Notes under the pieces: generated by a model | Seen by the model: the letters and a program-made list of their open reading frames with translations, nothing else | Database searches by the model: none | What the model was told of the DNA's origin: nothing | Source: Mobula hypostoma | Lineage: Eukaryota | Assembly (NCBI RefSeq): GCF_963921235.1 | Contig: NC_086108.1 | Coordinates: forward strand, 2,790,001 to 2,854,000 | Length of the DNA: 64,000 nucleotides | Reading direction: 5' to 3' | Part shown: positions 13,291 through 27,615 of the stretch, one piece after another | Numbering within the stretch: position 1 is the stretch's first letter | How the letters are laid out: every line of letters starts with the position of its first letter | Made by a program: the position numbers and the translations under genes

Positions 13291-14710
13291 TTTCCTGTTT
13301 CTAACTTCCACCCACAGAATCTTAGTAGGCAATCCCTCTATGACATCCTCCTTTTCTGCAGCCGTGACATTATCTCTGATCAGCAATGCTGTGCCCCCAC
13401 CTCTTACCTCCCTCCCTGTCCTTTCTGAAACATCTAAAGCCTGGCACTCTAAGTAGCTATTCCTGCCCCTGATCTAACCAAGTGTCTGTAATGGGCACAA
13501 CATCATAGCTCCAAGTACTGATCCACGCTCTAAGGTCATCCACCTTGTTCACAATGCTTCTTGCAGTAAAATAGACACATCTCAAACCATCAGTCTGAGC
13601 GCATCCCTTCTCTATCACCTGCCTATCCGCCCTCTCACACTGTCTCCAAGCTTTCTCTATTTGTGAGCCAGCCACCTCTTCCTCCATCTCTTCAGTTCGG
13701 TTCCCACCCCCCAGCAATTCTAGTTTAAACTCTCCCCAGTAGCCTTAGCAAACCTTCCCACCAGGATCTTGGTCTCTCTGGGATTCAAGTGCAACCCGTC
13801 CTTTTTGTACAAGTCACTCCTGCCCCAAAAGATGTCCCAATGATCCAGAAATCTGAATCCCTGCCCCCTGCTCCAATCCCTCAGCCACGCATTTATCCTC
13901 CACCTCACTCTAATCTTATACTCACTGTCACGTGGCAGAGGCAGCAATCCTGAGATTACTACCCTTGTGGTTCTGCTTCTCAGCTTCTTTCCTAACTCTC
14001 TGTAGTCTGTTTTCAGGACTTCCTCCCTTTTCCTGGCTATGTCGTTGGTACCAATATGTACCACGACTTCTGGCTGTTCTCCTTCCCACGTCAGGATATC
14101 ATGGATGTGATCAGAAACATTCCGGACCCTGGCACCTGGGAGGCAAACTACCATCCACATTTCTTTCCCAAGTCCACAGAATCACCTGTCTGCACTCCCC
14201 AACTATAGAGTCCCCTATCACTGCTGCCATCCTCTTCCTTTCCCTATCCTTCTGAGCCACAGGGCCAGACTCTGTGCCAGAGGTGCGGCCACTGTTGCTT
14301 CCCCCAGGCAAGCCATCCCCCCCCCCGACAGTACTCAAACAGGAGTACTTATTGTTAAGGGGTACAGGTACAGCCACAGGGGTGCTCTCTAGTATCTGAC
14401 TCCTGCCCTCTCCTGACTGTGACCCACTTATCAGTCGCCCGAGACCTCGGTGTGACCACTTGCCTATAGCTCCTCTCTATCACCTCCTCAGTTTCTTTGA
14501 CCAGACAAAGGTCATCGAGCTGCATCTCCAGTTCCCTAATGTGTTCCCTGAGGAGCTGCAGCTCGATGCATCTGGCGCAGATGTGGCCGTCCGGGAGGCT
14601 GGGAGGCTGGGAGTCTCCCGGACATCCCACATCTGACACCCAGTACAGAACACAGCCTCACAGCATACTTCCTGTTTCTATTCCTCACAAGTAACCTACC
14701 TTGCCTCAAC
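13291..14710 (-). mobile_element. CR1 LINE 5' portion: ORF1 (Zn-finger/zipper plus SGNH esterase) and start of ORF2 endonuclease
   Basis: HICARCIELQLLREHIRELE; AVIGDSIV; VVVHIGTND; KDGLHLN; then LRCVYFTARSIVNKVDDL...ITDTWL. Confidence 0.9.
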
Positions 14711-15694
14711 CTCTTCTGCAGTTTCTAGCAGTCATGTGTAGAGCATTTGCCGTGCCAAGCTGTGACGCACCTAGACAGAATGCTTCCTATGGTGTATCGG
14801 TCAAATTGGTAGGAGTCAATGGGGACCATTTCCAATCTCTTTAGCCTCCTGAGGAAGTCGAGGTGTTGCTGGGCTTTCTTGGCCATCAGGACAGGCTGTC
14901 GGTGATGTTCACACCGAGGAACTCAGTGGGTCAGGAGTGCTGACGAAGGGTCTCCGGCCAAAACATCCTCTTTATGTCCCTCCATAGATGCTGCCTGACC
15001 TGCTGAGTTCCTCCAGCATTTTGTTTGTGTTGACCCAGATTTCCAACCTCTGCAGAATCTCTAGTGACTCGTGCATGAGTGTGTTTGACAGTCAGTGCAG
15101 ACGTGGTGAGTCGATGGCTCCCCCTCTGTCCCCCATGACTGTACCCCTCACTTTATCCCTGAACCAGAACCAGGACCAGGCTTAATATCACCAGCATATG
15201 TTGTGAAAAATGTTAACTTTGTGGCAGCTGTACAATGCAATACATGATCATATAGAAACAAAACTGAATTATAGCAAATACATATGTATATTAAATAGTT
15301 AGATTAAATAAGTAGTGCAAAATCAGAAATAAAAAGTATGAGTTCGTGTTGACGGGTTCAATGTCCATTCAGAAATCTGATGGCAGAGGGGAAGAAGCTG
15401 TTCCTGAATCGTTGAGTGTGTGTCTTCAGGCTCCTGTACCTCCTCCCTGATGGTAGCAATGAGATGAGGACATGGCCTGAATATGTTTCACCTCCACCTT
15501 TTGCTTTCTCCCTCCTCGTACCGAACCCCCGGTGCACATCCCATTCCTCCATCAGCCCCTCTTCTTTATGTGCCTGGGCCCTTGAGTAACAGCACCACTC
15601 AGGGATTCGATCGTTCACCTTGAAACGGTGAGTAGTCCTTCAGATCTACCTGTCCCACCTCACCTAGCAACCTGAAACTTCCAAAGCCTATAAA

Positions 15695-16750
15695 ATGTTA
15701 ATGGCTGATTGGCAGGAGTGGGAATAAAGGGAACTTTTCTGCTTGGCTGCTGGTGACTAGTGGTATTCCACAGCGGTCAGTGCTGGGACCGATTATTTTT
15801 ACTTTGTATGTCAATTATTTGGATGGTGAAATTGATGACTTTGTTGCAAAGTTTGCAGATGATATGAAGATAGGTCATTATGAGGAATTAGAGAGGCTAC
15901 AGAAGGATTTAGACACATTAGGAGAATGAGCAATGAATGGTAGATGAAATAGAGTATCGGGAAGTGTACTGTCATGCACTTTGGTAGAAGAAATGAAAGG
16001 TTTGACTATTTTCTAAATGGAGAGAAAATACCAAAATCTAAGGTGCAATGGGACTTGGGAGTCCTTGTGCAGGATCTCTTAAATGTTAATTTGCAGGATG
16101 AGTTGGTGGTGAAGGAGGCAAATGCAATGTTAGCATTCATTTCAAGACAACTAAAATATAAAAGCAAGAATGTAATGTTGAGACTTTATAAGGCACTGGT
16201 GAGGCTTCACTTGGAATATTGTGAGCAGTTTTGGGTCCCTTACCTTAAAAAAAGGATGTGCTGAAATTGGAGAGAGTTCAAAGGAGGTTCACGAAAATGA
16301 TTCCAGGATTGAAGGGCTTATCATATGAAGAATGTTTGATGGCTCTGGGTCTGTATTCACTGGAGTTCAGAAGAATGAGGGGTGACCCAATTGAAGCCTA
16401 TTGAATGGTGAGAGGGCTCGATAGAGTGGTTGTGGAGTGGATGTTTCCTGTGGTGGGAGGTCTGGGACCCGAGGACAGGCATCCTTCTAGAATGGAGATG
16501 AGGAGGAATGTCTTTAGCCAGAGAGTGGTGAATCTGAGGAATTCTTTGTCACAGGCAGCTGTGGAGGCCAAGTCTTTACCTATGTTTAAGGCAGAGGGTG
16601 ATAGATTCTGGATTGGTCAGGGCATGAAGGGATATGGGGAGAAGGCAAGAGATTGGGGCTGAGAGGAAAATTGAATCAGCCATGATGAAATGGTGGAGCA
16701 GACTCAATGGGCCAAATGGCCTAATTATGTTCCTATATCTAATGGTTTTA
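15695..16750 (+). mobile_element. Degraded CR1 RT/3' end
   Basis: FADD, MHFGRRN and LYKALVRLHLEYCEQFW motifs with stops and frameshifts. Confidence 0.9.
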
Positions 16751-17614
16751 ACACTGTTGGTGTAGACAGGAGCATGTGCTGCCCAACAAGGTATAGGTTC
16801 TTTAAGTGACCATGGGAAGAAACGCTGGCAACGCTGTGGCACATCTCCAGAGACCCAAGTTCTACGCTGACCTAGGGGGCAGCAGCCTGTATGTTTCTCC
16901 TGTGCCCGTATTGGGTTCCTGTACAAAAGGTGTACAGGGTATTAACAGGCCAGTGTCAATTGCCTTCAGACTGTAGATGGAAGGAGATAGAACATAAAAG
17001 AGCACAGGACAGGAATAGGCCATCTTTCTAAACTGGGGCAATCAGATCTGTATGCAATACTCCAGATATGACCTAACCCGAGTTCTATAAAGTTGTAAAA
17101 TAACCTCCACTTTTGAACTCATGAAGTCTTACTGTCTTGGCTAAAATATTTCTGCATCTCCTACCAGATGGCAGGAGATTGAACAGACAGGACAGTGTCC
17201 GGGATGGGATGGGATGGATGGGATGGGATGGGACTTTAGTGATGTGACGAGCATGCCGTACGCATCGTGAGTTGTAGGTCGTCTCTGGGTCCCAGTGATG
17301 TGCTGAGCTGTCCTGGTCACCCGTTGGAGTGCTTTGTGATCTGTCTTGAGGAATTAAGAAGAATCGGAGGACGATCCATTGAAGAGTCCAATATTTTTGT
17401 CGGCTTTGAAGGGCTGATGCAGGAGTGATGTTACCCCAGGTTGAGGTGAGCAAGGCTCAAACAATAGAGTGAGTCAAGAAGATATGACTTCATCCAGAAG
17501 ATGGTGAATTTTTGGGGGTTCTGTTCTTGAGAACTGTGAGGGGTCAGTGCTGGGAATATTCAAACAAGAGCCTGATGGAGCGAATCAAGTGGCTCCTGAA
17601 ATGCCTCCAAAAGG

Positions 17615-18015
17615 ACCACACCCTTGCTGTGGCTTAGAGTCTCCTGTGTCTCAATGACCCACAGAGCCATGTTGGCTGGGGTCAGGGCTTTATGATTTGG
17701 CTCTTGGTAGGGTCACCCAGCCAAACAGGTCAAAGGGTAGAGGCCAGACGGAGAGTGATCCACCAGTCCTCCAGGTTCAGGGGTTCAGCTCAGGGCCAAC
17801 AACCCTGACTGGTCAAACAACATCATTACAGAAACAGCAATGAAGAATCCTTCTACATCTGAGTGTGACGGTATTCCTGAGTCTCCACCCGGGATTGGGT
17901 GACTGACAGTAGTGAAAACCGAGAGGAAGCTACTGACACGATGAAGGAAGCCCTGAACACCACCAGAGATGGAGGACCTTCATTACTGCCCTAAACACCA
18001 GCGGTGTAACTGGCA
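17615..18015 (+). mobile_element. RTE-related non-autonomous element (second copy at ~61785-62170)
   Basis: RTE-like head (CCTTGCTGTGG...TCAATGACC...GGGTCACCCA); colinear with 61785-62170. Confidence 0.65.
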
Positions 18016-18177
18016 GAAGAAGCTGAAGGAAATAACATCTATTGGTCTATTGAAATGCAGAACAGGGACATGGATGGGAAAGTGTTGGAAAATGGAACTA
18101 GCTGAGATGGCTATCTTGGATGGCATAGCCAAGGTGGGCTGGGTGTTCTATTTCCATGCTGTATTCTTTGCAATGTT

Positions 18178-19960
18178 TAGAATATAGAACAGTACAGCAC
18201 AGTACAGGCCCTTCAGCCCACAAACCCTGCCTCCCATATAAGCCCCCACCTTAAATTCCTTCATATACCTTTCTAGTAGTCTCTTAAACTTCACTAGTGT
18301 ATCTGCCTCCACCACTGACTCAGACAGTGCATTCCACGCACCAACCACTCTCTGAGTAAAAAACCTTCCTCTAATATCCCCCTTGAACTTCCCACTCCTT
18401 ACCTTAAACCCATGTCCTCTTGTATTGAGCAGCGGTGCCCTGGAGAAGAGGCACTGGCTATCCACTCTATCTATTCCTCTTATTATCTTGTACACCTCTA
18501 TCATGTCTCCTCTCATCCTCCTTCTCTCCAAAGAGTAAAGCCCTAGCTCCCTTAATCTCTGATCATAATGCATACTCTTTAAACCAGGCAGCATCCTGGT
18601 AAATCTCCTCGGTACCCTTTCCAATGCTTCCACATCCTTCCTATAAGTGAGACGACCAGAACTGGACACAGTACTCCAAGTGTGGTCTAACCAGAGTTTT
18701 ATAGAGCTGCATCATTACATCGCGACTCTTAAACTCTATCCCTCGACTTATGAAAGCTAACACCCCATAAGCTTTCTTAACTACCCTATCTACCTGTGAG
18801 GCAACTTTCAGAGATCTGTGGACATGTACCCCCAGATCCCTCTGCTCCTCCACACTACCAAGTATCCTGCCATTTACTTTGTACTCTGCCTTGGAGTTTG
18901 TCCTTCCAAAGTGTACCACCTCACACTTCTCCGGGTTGAACTCCATCTGTCACTTCTCAGCCCACTTCTGCATCCTACCAATGTCTCTCTGCAATCTTCG
19001 ACAATCCTCTACACTATCCACAACACCACCAACCTTTGTGTCGTCTGCAAACTTGCCAACCCACCCTTCTACCCCCACATTCAGGTCATTAATAAAAATC
19101 ACGAAAAGTAGAGGTCCCAGAACAGATCTTTGTGGGGCACCACTAGTCACAACCCTCCAATCTGAATGTACTCCCTCCACTACCACCCTCTGCCTTCTGC
19201 AGGCAAGCCAATTCTGAATCCACCTGGCTAAACTTCCCTGGATCCTATGCCTTCTGACTTTCTGAATAAGCCTACCGTGTGGAACCTTGTCAAATGCCTT
19301 ACTAAAATCCATATAGATCACATCCACTGCACTACCCTCATCTATATGCCTGGTCACCTCCTCAAAGAACTCTATCAGGCTTGTTAGACATGATCTGCCC
19401 TTCACAAAGCCATGTTGACTGTCCCTGATCAGACCATGATTCTCTAAATGCCCATAGATCCTATCTCTAAGAATCTTTTCCAACAGCTTTCCCACCACAG
19501 AGGTAAGGCTCACTGGTCTATAGTTACCTGGACTATCCCTACTACCTTTTTTGACAAGGGGACAACATTCACCTCCCTCCAATCCTCCGGTCCCATTCCC
19601 GTGGACAATGAGGACATAAAGATCCCAGCCAGAGGCTCAGCAATCTCTTCCCTCGCCTCGTGAAGCAGCCTGAGGAATATTCCGTCAGGCCCCAGGGACT
19701 TATCCGTCCTAATGTATTTTAACAACTCCAACACCTCCTCTCCCTTAATATCAACATGCTCCAGAACATCAACCTCACTCATATTGTCCTCACCTTCATC
19801 AAGTTCCCTCTCATTGGTGAATACTGAAGAGAAGTATTCATTGAGGACCTCGCTCACTTCCACAGCCTCCAGGCACATCTTCCCACCTTTATCTCTAATC
19901 GGTCCTACCTTCACTCTTGTCATCCTTTTGTTCTTCACGTAATTGAAGAATGTCTTGGGG
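18178..19960 (-). mobile_element. CR1 LINE, 5'-truncated (same family as 58736-61018)
   Basis: Overlapping minus-strand ORFs with full RT motifs; near-identical peptides to the 58.7-61.0 kb copy. Confidence 0.95.
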
Positions 19961-21944
19961 AAACCTAAGGTGGATCTTGTCACTCAGAGCGTGGTGAGGA
20001 TGTATGTGTGGAACGAGCTGCCGCTGGAAGCGGTGAATACGGCTTTGAGTTCAACACTGAAGAGGAAATGGGATAGGTACATGGATGGCAGAGGTATGGA
20101 GGGCTATGGTTTGAGTGCAGGTCAATGGGAGTAGGTAGATCAGCAGTGCGGTACAGACTAGATGGGCCAAAGGGCCTGTTTCTGTGCTGTAGTTCTAGGA
20201 ATCTATGACACTGGCCCAGAACAGGCAGCTGCTGGGAAATGGAAAGTCGAGCCTTGGGGTGAACTGACATGCATAACTCTGTCAATCAGTGTGGCACACC
20301 TTCTAGTGTCTCTCTGTTAGAGAGTGACTGCCATCTCCAGTCTAAACATCAAAGAGCCTGATCCAGAGTCTCTTGTGTCTGGGTCTGCTTTAAGTGCAAG
20401 ATGTGAATGGAACCGAGGCCCATCACGTGTACCCGAGCCCCAGCAGGCATGTTTGCTGCTTGTACACAGGGTGCACAATTGAATCCTGCACATCCTCAAA
20501 AACCATAAAATGCAAGTGAGACATTGTTTCCCCAAGAGGTTTAAGGACTTCACATCAATCCATTCTGTTGATCAAAGTTGCTTGATAGATATCCAGAAAT
20601 CTAAATACTGGTGTGACTGTCACCTCCTTCATAAACATCTATCAATCTATGGTGGTAGGGTAATAACTATTTTTGAACTTGGTAGTGTGTGGGACCGAAG
20701 GTTGATGGCAGCAGCGAGAAGAGAGCATGGTTGGAGTCCTTGATGATGGATGCTGCTTTCTTGGCACTGGCAATGTTGGAACCTAAGTGAGGAGGAAGAC
20801 CGACTCTAGTGTAGAGAGGGCGACCAGAGTTTATTCATAAGAATTCCAACAGAACGGTTGGCTGAGCGACACCACAAGTCGTAACATTCTCAAAACTAGG
20901 ACCCCACAATTAGCGCAAATCAGGAGTCCCCTGAAGTAATCCAAGTGACACGGTATCCCCTGCCCTTTGGAGGCTTTCCCCATTCAAGGGCTTTGTTATT
21001 TCCAGATCGGGCTGTGATGACTCTATAATATGCACAAAGGCCCGAATCATATCTTATACTTCTATATATAGATCCTGGGTTTTGGTTTCCTTGTGTGCAA
21101 ACATCCTCCCTACCTTATTAAAAGTTAAATTACATAAATGATTCTTGCATATATTTGCTGTATACGTTTACATGTATTCGGAATTTGCTGTGGTGTGCTG
21201 GCCACGACATGGCATACAACATACAACTATAAAGCATAAAGAATTATATAAAAAATAAAGTTAGAGGTTAAGAGCCAGATATGGAATAAAATGTGCATGA
21301 ATACCAGCACAAAACAGCTTTACAAAGTGGTTTAAAGTGTTTACAGTGCTGTGACGGAGGTAATACATAGAGGGGTTGGGGAGGTCACCAGATGACCAGA
21401 TTAACTAGCTGATGAAAGAAGCTTTTAACTTGGTGTGAAGTTTGTGTTGTAATAGCCCTATAGTGCTTCACACTGGGAGGTTTTGTAAAAGGCAGGTTGC
21501 AGGGTGGGTGGTCTCTGAATGATTTGTCTTGCCTGCTCCCTTGTCCTGGACACGTACCAGTCTTTCAGTGATGATAGACTGCACCAATGACCTTCTCTGC
21601 CCGTCTTTTTGATTCCTCACATGTATGTGCCTGGTTACGGTCTAAAAAAAAGCACTCTTGCCCGCTTTGACATTGTCTACACTGTACTGACAATCACAAC
21701 TGAATATCCATGAATAAGACCACAAAATGTTTGCAACACTCAGCTGGTCAGACAGAAACAAAGTCAAAGTCATAAGAGTGGAAACATTTAGAGAAGTCTG
21801 TTTCTCACTTACTGGATGCTGCTTGCCTGGCTAAATATTTCTGGTGCTCTTGGCTCGATTTCAGATTTAGAGTTTGCAGCAGGACCTTCAGCACTTAACG
21901 GAAAGGAAGTTGACGTTAACGGGGTCAGGGGGCTCTGCACTCTG

Positions 21945-22155
21945 CAGCCACTTTGTTAGGTACTCCTGCTTGTTCATGCAAATATCTAATCAGCCAACTG
22001 TGTGGCAGCAACTCAGTGCAAAAACCCATGCGGACATGGTTGTTGTTCGAACATCGGAATGGGGAAGAGATGTGACCCAAGTGACTTAGACCATTGGTTG
22101 AATATCTCGGAAGTTGCAGGTCTCCTGGGATTTTCCACATACAACAGTCTCTAGG
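21945..22155 (+). mobile_element. Tc1/mariner-like remnant (related pieces at ~53280-53535 and ~63785-64000)
   Basis: GCCACTTTGTTAGGTAC terminal-like sequence and a decayed HTH region (ISETADLLGIS in the 53.3 kb copy). Confidence 0.55.
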
Positions 22156-23570
22156 GCAGGTCCATTTGGAGACTCTGAAGAAATAGGGCATGGCTGGAGA
22201 TCTTTCTTGGCCAGAAAATATGGAGGATCTTTAGAGGCAAGGTAGTCATTCTCACAGTTAAAACTGACCATGACTTCCACTCTATCTTGCCTTAATGTCT
22301 TTGGACATCGAGAGCTAACAATGGCTCAGAGGGCAACTTTCTCCAGTTCATCTGCGAAACAGTTTAAATTCTTCACTTTACTGTCTCTTCTCTCCTTTTC
22401 AAGGTGGTTGTAGTGCTGTGGGTGTCAGTGACCTACAGCTGCACTCAAACTGTATTTCTTCACAAGCAGTGGAGCCAGCCCAGCGGCCTAGCATTTTCAA
22501 TCTCTGCAGAAGGTGCCCGCCTTCGGGGATGGGCTTTTGTGGCCCTGTGGATGACCCAATTCTCGCTGAAGCATTGCGGGAGATCAGAACATCGAGGGAG
22601 TGGGTGTGGCTGTCAGAGGCCTCCGCACTCAAGTGATCAGTCTCTCTCCCTCTCGATGGTGAGAAGCAATTTGCTGCTGTTTCTGCAGGCTGTGACATCG
22701 AAACAGAGACCTGTGGGCCTCTCCTCTCACTGTGGCATGAATGAAACCTCACTCCCTTGTTAGTAAGAGAGAGCCTGTGGGATGTCAAAGTGTTGGGATA
22801 AACAACATCTTTTTTTTGATGAACCCCAGATCATAGTCTCTATGGGAGCTTTGCAATTGCTTGCCTGGCAGGTGGGGAGGGGGGGGTGCTGTTGCTTTGT
22901 GCTGGAATAAGTGGGGGGGGGTGAGGAGAGGGTTGATGCTTTACTGCTGCTTGTGGGAGGAAGGGCGATGGTGTTCTAACGTTTTTCTGTCATTCATTCA
23001 TTGGGGTTTTTCTTCTGTTTGGTGGAGGTCTGTGAAAAGTAAGAATTTCAGGCTGTATACATTCTCTGATATTAATTGGAAACACTAAACCTTTTAATTA
23101 ATGTAGAAGAACAACAGGGGTTTCAGATTGACCTTTAAACAGACAGAAGTGAAGGAAGGACCCCTTCATGAACAGACTCGGTATTAATCCAAATAAGTAA
23201 ACAGAGTAATCAAGTATTTGTTGGTAATTAAGTGTCTGCTTTTTCAGCGAACATCTGTGACGTGGCTTTCAACAACACCGACAAGTTAACAGGCAAGTAA
23301 CATCTACAGCACCACCAAGTCTGGGTTCCACCCAACATCTTCTGGAAGCATTAACATCAGAGGCATGGCCAAATTTCTACAGATGTGTGGTGGAGAGCAT
23401 ACTGACTGGTTGCCACACCATCTGGCACGTAGGCACCAATGCACAGGATGGCAAGAGGTTGTAGCCTCAGGCAGCTCCATCACTGGCACAAACCTCCCCA
23501 CCAGTGAGGACATCTTCAAGAGGCGGTGATCCAAGAAGGCAGTGTTCATCCTCAAGGACCTTCACCATCC

Positions 23571-25482
23571 AGAAGACGTCCTCTACTCATTCATCCGGAA
23601 GTGCATCGACGATGTTGTCCCCCAGAGGTCAGTCAGGTTCGGGAAGACCCTGAGACCCTGGATCAATAGTTCCACGCGAGCAGCACTTACCACTCAACAC
23701 AGAGCTTACGCTGCTGGCAGTCAGCAGGAGCTCAGGAAAAGCAGCTACGATCTGCGCAGAGCCATCAAGACTGCGAAACAGCAATACAAGGACAAGATTG
23801 AGTCAAGATTCACAACGAATAGCACATGTGACCTGTGGCGAGGGTCGCAAACTGCAAAGCCACCAACATCGTGGCCTCAAATGAGCTCAATCGCTTTTAC
23901 GTTCGGTCCGATGTCACTAACACTGAGCCTCCGAGGAAAGCCACCGCTACTACCTGCAACCTGGTCATCCCTGAGGCTGAGGCACGCAGATGTTTCCAAC
24001 AAGTGGACAGTCGCAAGGCTGTGGGACCGGATGGCATCCCAGTGCGGGTACTCAGGATGTGCCCAGCACAACTGGCAGGTGTGCTTGCAAACATTTTTAA
24101 TCTCTCCTTCTCCCAGTGTAGAGTTCCCTCCTGCTTCAAAACATCCACCATTGTTCCTGTACCTAAAAAGACCAAGGTAACATGTCTGAATGACTGGCGT
24201 CCTGTCGCACTCACCTCAATAATCAGCAAATACTTTGAGAGGCTGGTCAAGGATTACATCTGCAGCTGGCTACCACCTACACTGGACCCCTACAATTCAC
24301 CTACTGACACAACCGATCAACAGATGGAACAATAGCCACACCTCTACACACTGTCCTTACACATCTGGAGAAGGCTGCTTCTGTGAGAATGCTGTTCTTG
24401 CACTACAGTTCAGCATTCAACACCGTAATTCCATCCAGGCTCGACAGGAAGCTCAGAGACCTCGGCCTTCACCCTGCCTTGTGCAACTAGATCCTGGACT
24501 TCCTTTCAGAGAGCCGGCAGGTGGTAGGAGTGGGCTCCCTCACCTCCACCCCTCTGACTCTCAACACAGGAACCCCTCATGTCTGTGTACTAAGTCCCCT
24601 CCTTTACTCCCTGTATACCCATGACTGTGTCGCCACCCACAGCTCTAATCTGCTAATTAAATTTGCCGACGACAGTACATTGATTGGCCTAATCTCAAAC
24701 AGTAATGAGGTGGCCTACAGGGAAGAAGTCATCACCCTGATACAGTGGTGTCACGAAAACAACCTCTCCCTCGATGCCGCAAAAACAAAGGAGCTGGTTA
24801 TGGATTACAAGAAGAATGGAGACAGGCTAACCCCTGTTGAAAATCAATGGACCTGGGGTTGAGAGGGTAAACAGCTTTGAATTCTGCAGCATCCACATCA
24901 CCAAGGATCTCACGTGGTCTGTACACACCAGCTGTGTGGTGAAAAAGGCACAACAGTGTCTCTTTCACCTCAGACGGTTGAGGAAGTTTGGTCTGGCCTC
25001 CCAAATCCTAAGAACTTTCTACAGGGGCACAATTGAGAGCATCCTGACTGGCTGCATTACTGCCTGGTATGGGAACTGTACTTCCCTCAATCACAGGACT
25101 CTGCAGAGAGTGGTGCAGACAGCCCAGCGCATCTGTAGTTGTGAACTTCCCATGATTCAGGACGTTCACAGAGACAGGTGTGTAAAAAGGGCCCGAAGGA
25201 TCATTGGGGACTCGAGTCACCCCAATCACAAACTGTTCCAGCTGCTACCATCAGGGAAACGGTACCGCAGCATTAAAGCCAGGACCAACAGGCTCCAGGA
25301 CAGCTTCTTCCAGCAGGCCATCAGACTGATGAACTCACGCTGATTTGAGTCTATTTCTGTGATAGATTGACTGTTCTATTTATTATAAATTACTATGATT
25401 GCACATATAGATGGAGACGTAACGTAAAGATTTTTACTCTTCATGTTATGTGAAAAATGTAAGAAATAAAGTCAATTCAAAT
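23571..25482 (+). mobile_element. Rex1/Babar-clade LINE, 5'-truncated
   Basis: KAVGPDGIP, LNDWRPVALTS, VLSPLLYSLYTHDC, KFADD, KKAQQCLFHLRRLRKFG; AATAAA plus CAATT tail. Confidence 0.9.
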
Positions 25483-26843
25483 CCGCTAGGAACCAAAATT
25501 GGATTCTCATTCCATCGTTTGGTTCACGAAGTCTTTCTGCAATGAGAATATCCAACAGGAGAGAGGTTTACACCCTACCTTCATATTCAATGCTCTGTGA
25601 CTTTACCTTCATTGAGACCCAAAACGTCCATGTTCAATGGCTCATCATTAACCAAAAACTCAAGTGGACCAGCCTCTTGTCTATGTGGTGGTTTCATCAG
25701 GCAGGAGGTATAGGAGTCTGAAGACCCACACTCAACATTTTAGGAACAACTTCTTCCCCTCCATTGTCAGATTTCTGATCAGTCCATGAACCTTGAACTC
25801 TACCTCACCATGCTTTTGTACTATACTTATTTTTCTAATTTACGCTAGATTTAAGTCTTTGCACTGTACTGCTGCCACAAAACAACGAAGGTCATGTCAT
25901 CTAAATCAGAACCTACGTACTAATCTTTCCAGTGCTGAAAACCTTAAAATCTTTCTCCATCAAATCTGGTTTTTGGGCATATCATCTACAAGTTTCATAA
26001 ACTTCTGCAGATGTGCAGTGGAGAGTATTCTGACTGGATGCATCACAGTCTGGTATAGAAGCGCTAATTCCCTGGAATGGAAAGTCCTACAAAAAGTAAT
26101 GGGTACAGCTAAGCCCATCTCGGCTAATTCCCTTCGTTAATGAGTACATCTACTATCACGGGTGAGTGTAAATGAGCTCTTTGGGCCTGTGTGGGGAACG
26201 GGTGAACAGTGGGATCTGAGGTTTTTAACAGCACCTGAATTTTAAGAGCAATCTTGTCGTGAGAGGCCCCTTGGGTAACAGTGACCATAATATGGTGGAA
26301 TTCTTTATTAAGATGGAGAGTGACATAGTTAATTCAGAAACAAAGGTTCTGAACTTAAAGAAGGGTAACTTTGAAGGTATGAAACGTGAATTAGCTAAGA
26401 TAGACTGGCAAATGACACTTAAAGGATTGATGGTGGATATGCAATGGCAAGCATTTAAAGGTTGCATGGATGAACTACAACAATTGTTCATCCCAGTTTG
26501 GCAAAAGAATAAATCAAGGAAGGTAGTGCACCCGTGGCTGACAAGGGAAATTAGGGATAGTATCAATTCCAAAGAAGAAGCATACAAATTAGCCAGAGAA
26601 AGTGGCTCACCTGAGGACTGGGAGAAATTCAGATTTCAGCAGAGGAGGACAAAGGGCTTAATTAGGAAGGGGAAAAAAGATTATGAGAGAAAATTGGCAG
26701 GGAACATTAAAAACTGACTGTAAAAGCTTTTATAGATATGTAAAAAGGAAAAGACTGGTAAAGACAAATGTAGGTCCCCTGCAGACAGAAACAGGTGAAT
26801 TGATCATGGGGAACAAGGACATGGCAGACCAATTGAATAACTA

Positions 26844-27615
26844 AAACAACAGGAATTCTGCAGATGCTGGAAATTCAAGCAACATACATCAAAGTTGCTG
26901 GTGAACGCAGCAGGCCAAGCAGCATCTATAGGAAGAGGCGCAGTCGACATTTCAGGCCGAGACCCTTCGTCAGGACTAACTGAAGGAAGAGTGAGTAAGG
27001 GATTTGAAAGCTAGAGGGGGAGGGGGAGATGCAAAATGATAGGAGAAGACAGGAGGGGGAGGGATAGAGCCGAGAGCTGGACAGGTGATAGGCAAAAGGG
27101 GATACGAGAGGATCATGGGACAGGAGGTCCGGGAAGAAAGACGGGGGGGGGTGACCCAGAGGATGGGCAAGAGGTATATTCAGAGGGACAGAGGGAGAAA
27201 AAGGAGAGTGAGAGAAAGAATGTGTGCATAAAAATGAGTAACAGCTGGGGTACGAGGGGGAGGTGGGGCCTAGCGGAAGTTAGAGAAGTCAATGTTCATG
27301 CCATCAGGTTGGAGGCTACCCAGACGGAATATAAGGTGTTGTTCCTCCAACCTGAGTGTGGCTTCATCTTTACAGTAGAGGAGGCCGTGGATAGACATGT
27401 CAGAATGGGAATGGGATGTGGAATTAAAATGTGTGGCCACTGGGAGATCCTGCTTTCTCTGGCGGACAGAGCGTAGATGTTCAGCAAAGCGGTCTCCCAG
27501 TCTGCGTCGGGTCTCACCAATATATAAAAGGCCACATCGGGAGCACCGGACGCAGTATATCACCCCAGTCGACTCACAGGTGAAGTGTTGCCTCACCTGG
27601 AAGGACTGTTTGGGG
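26844..27615 (-). mobile_element. Penelope-like element 3' fragment (GIY-YIG endonuclease plus terminal region)
   Basis: GVIYCVRCSRCGLLYIGETRRRLGDRFAEH; 14-bp TSD CAATTGAATAACTA at 26830-26843 and 27616-27629. Confidence 0.92.
26942..26977 (-). ncRNA. Minimal hammerhead ribozyme motif of the Penelope-like element
   Basis: AGTC-CTGACGA-AGG(GTCTCGG)CCT-GAAA-TGTC-GACT: core boxes present, stem I AGTC/GACT, stem II AGG/CCT. Confidence 0.7.

Noticed and set aside
13720..14160. Host SGNH esterase gene
   Set aside because: It is the CR1 ORF1 esterase domain, directly upstream of the ORF2 endonuclease start.
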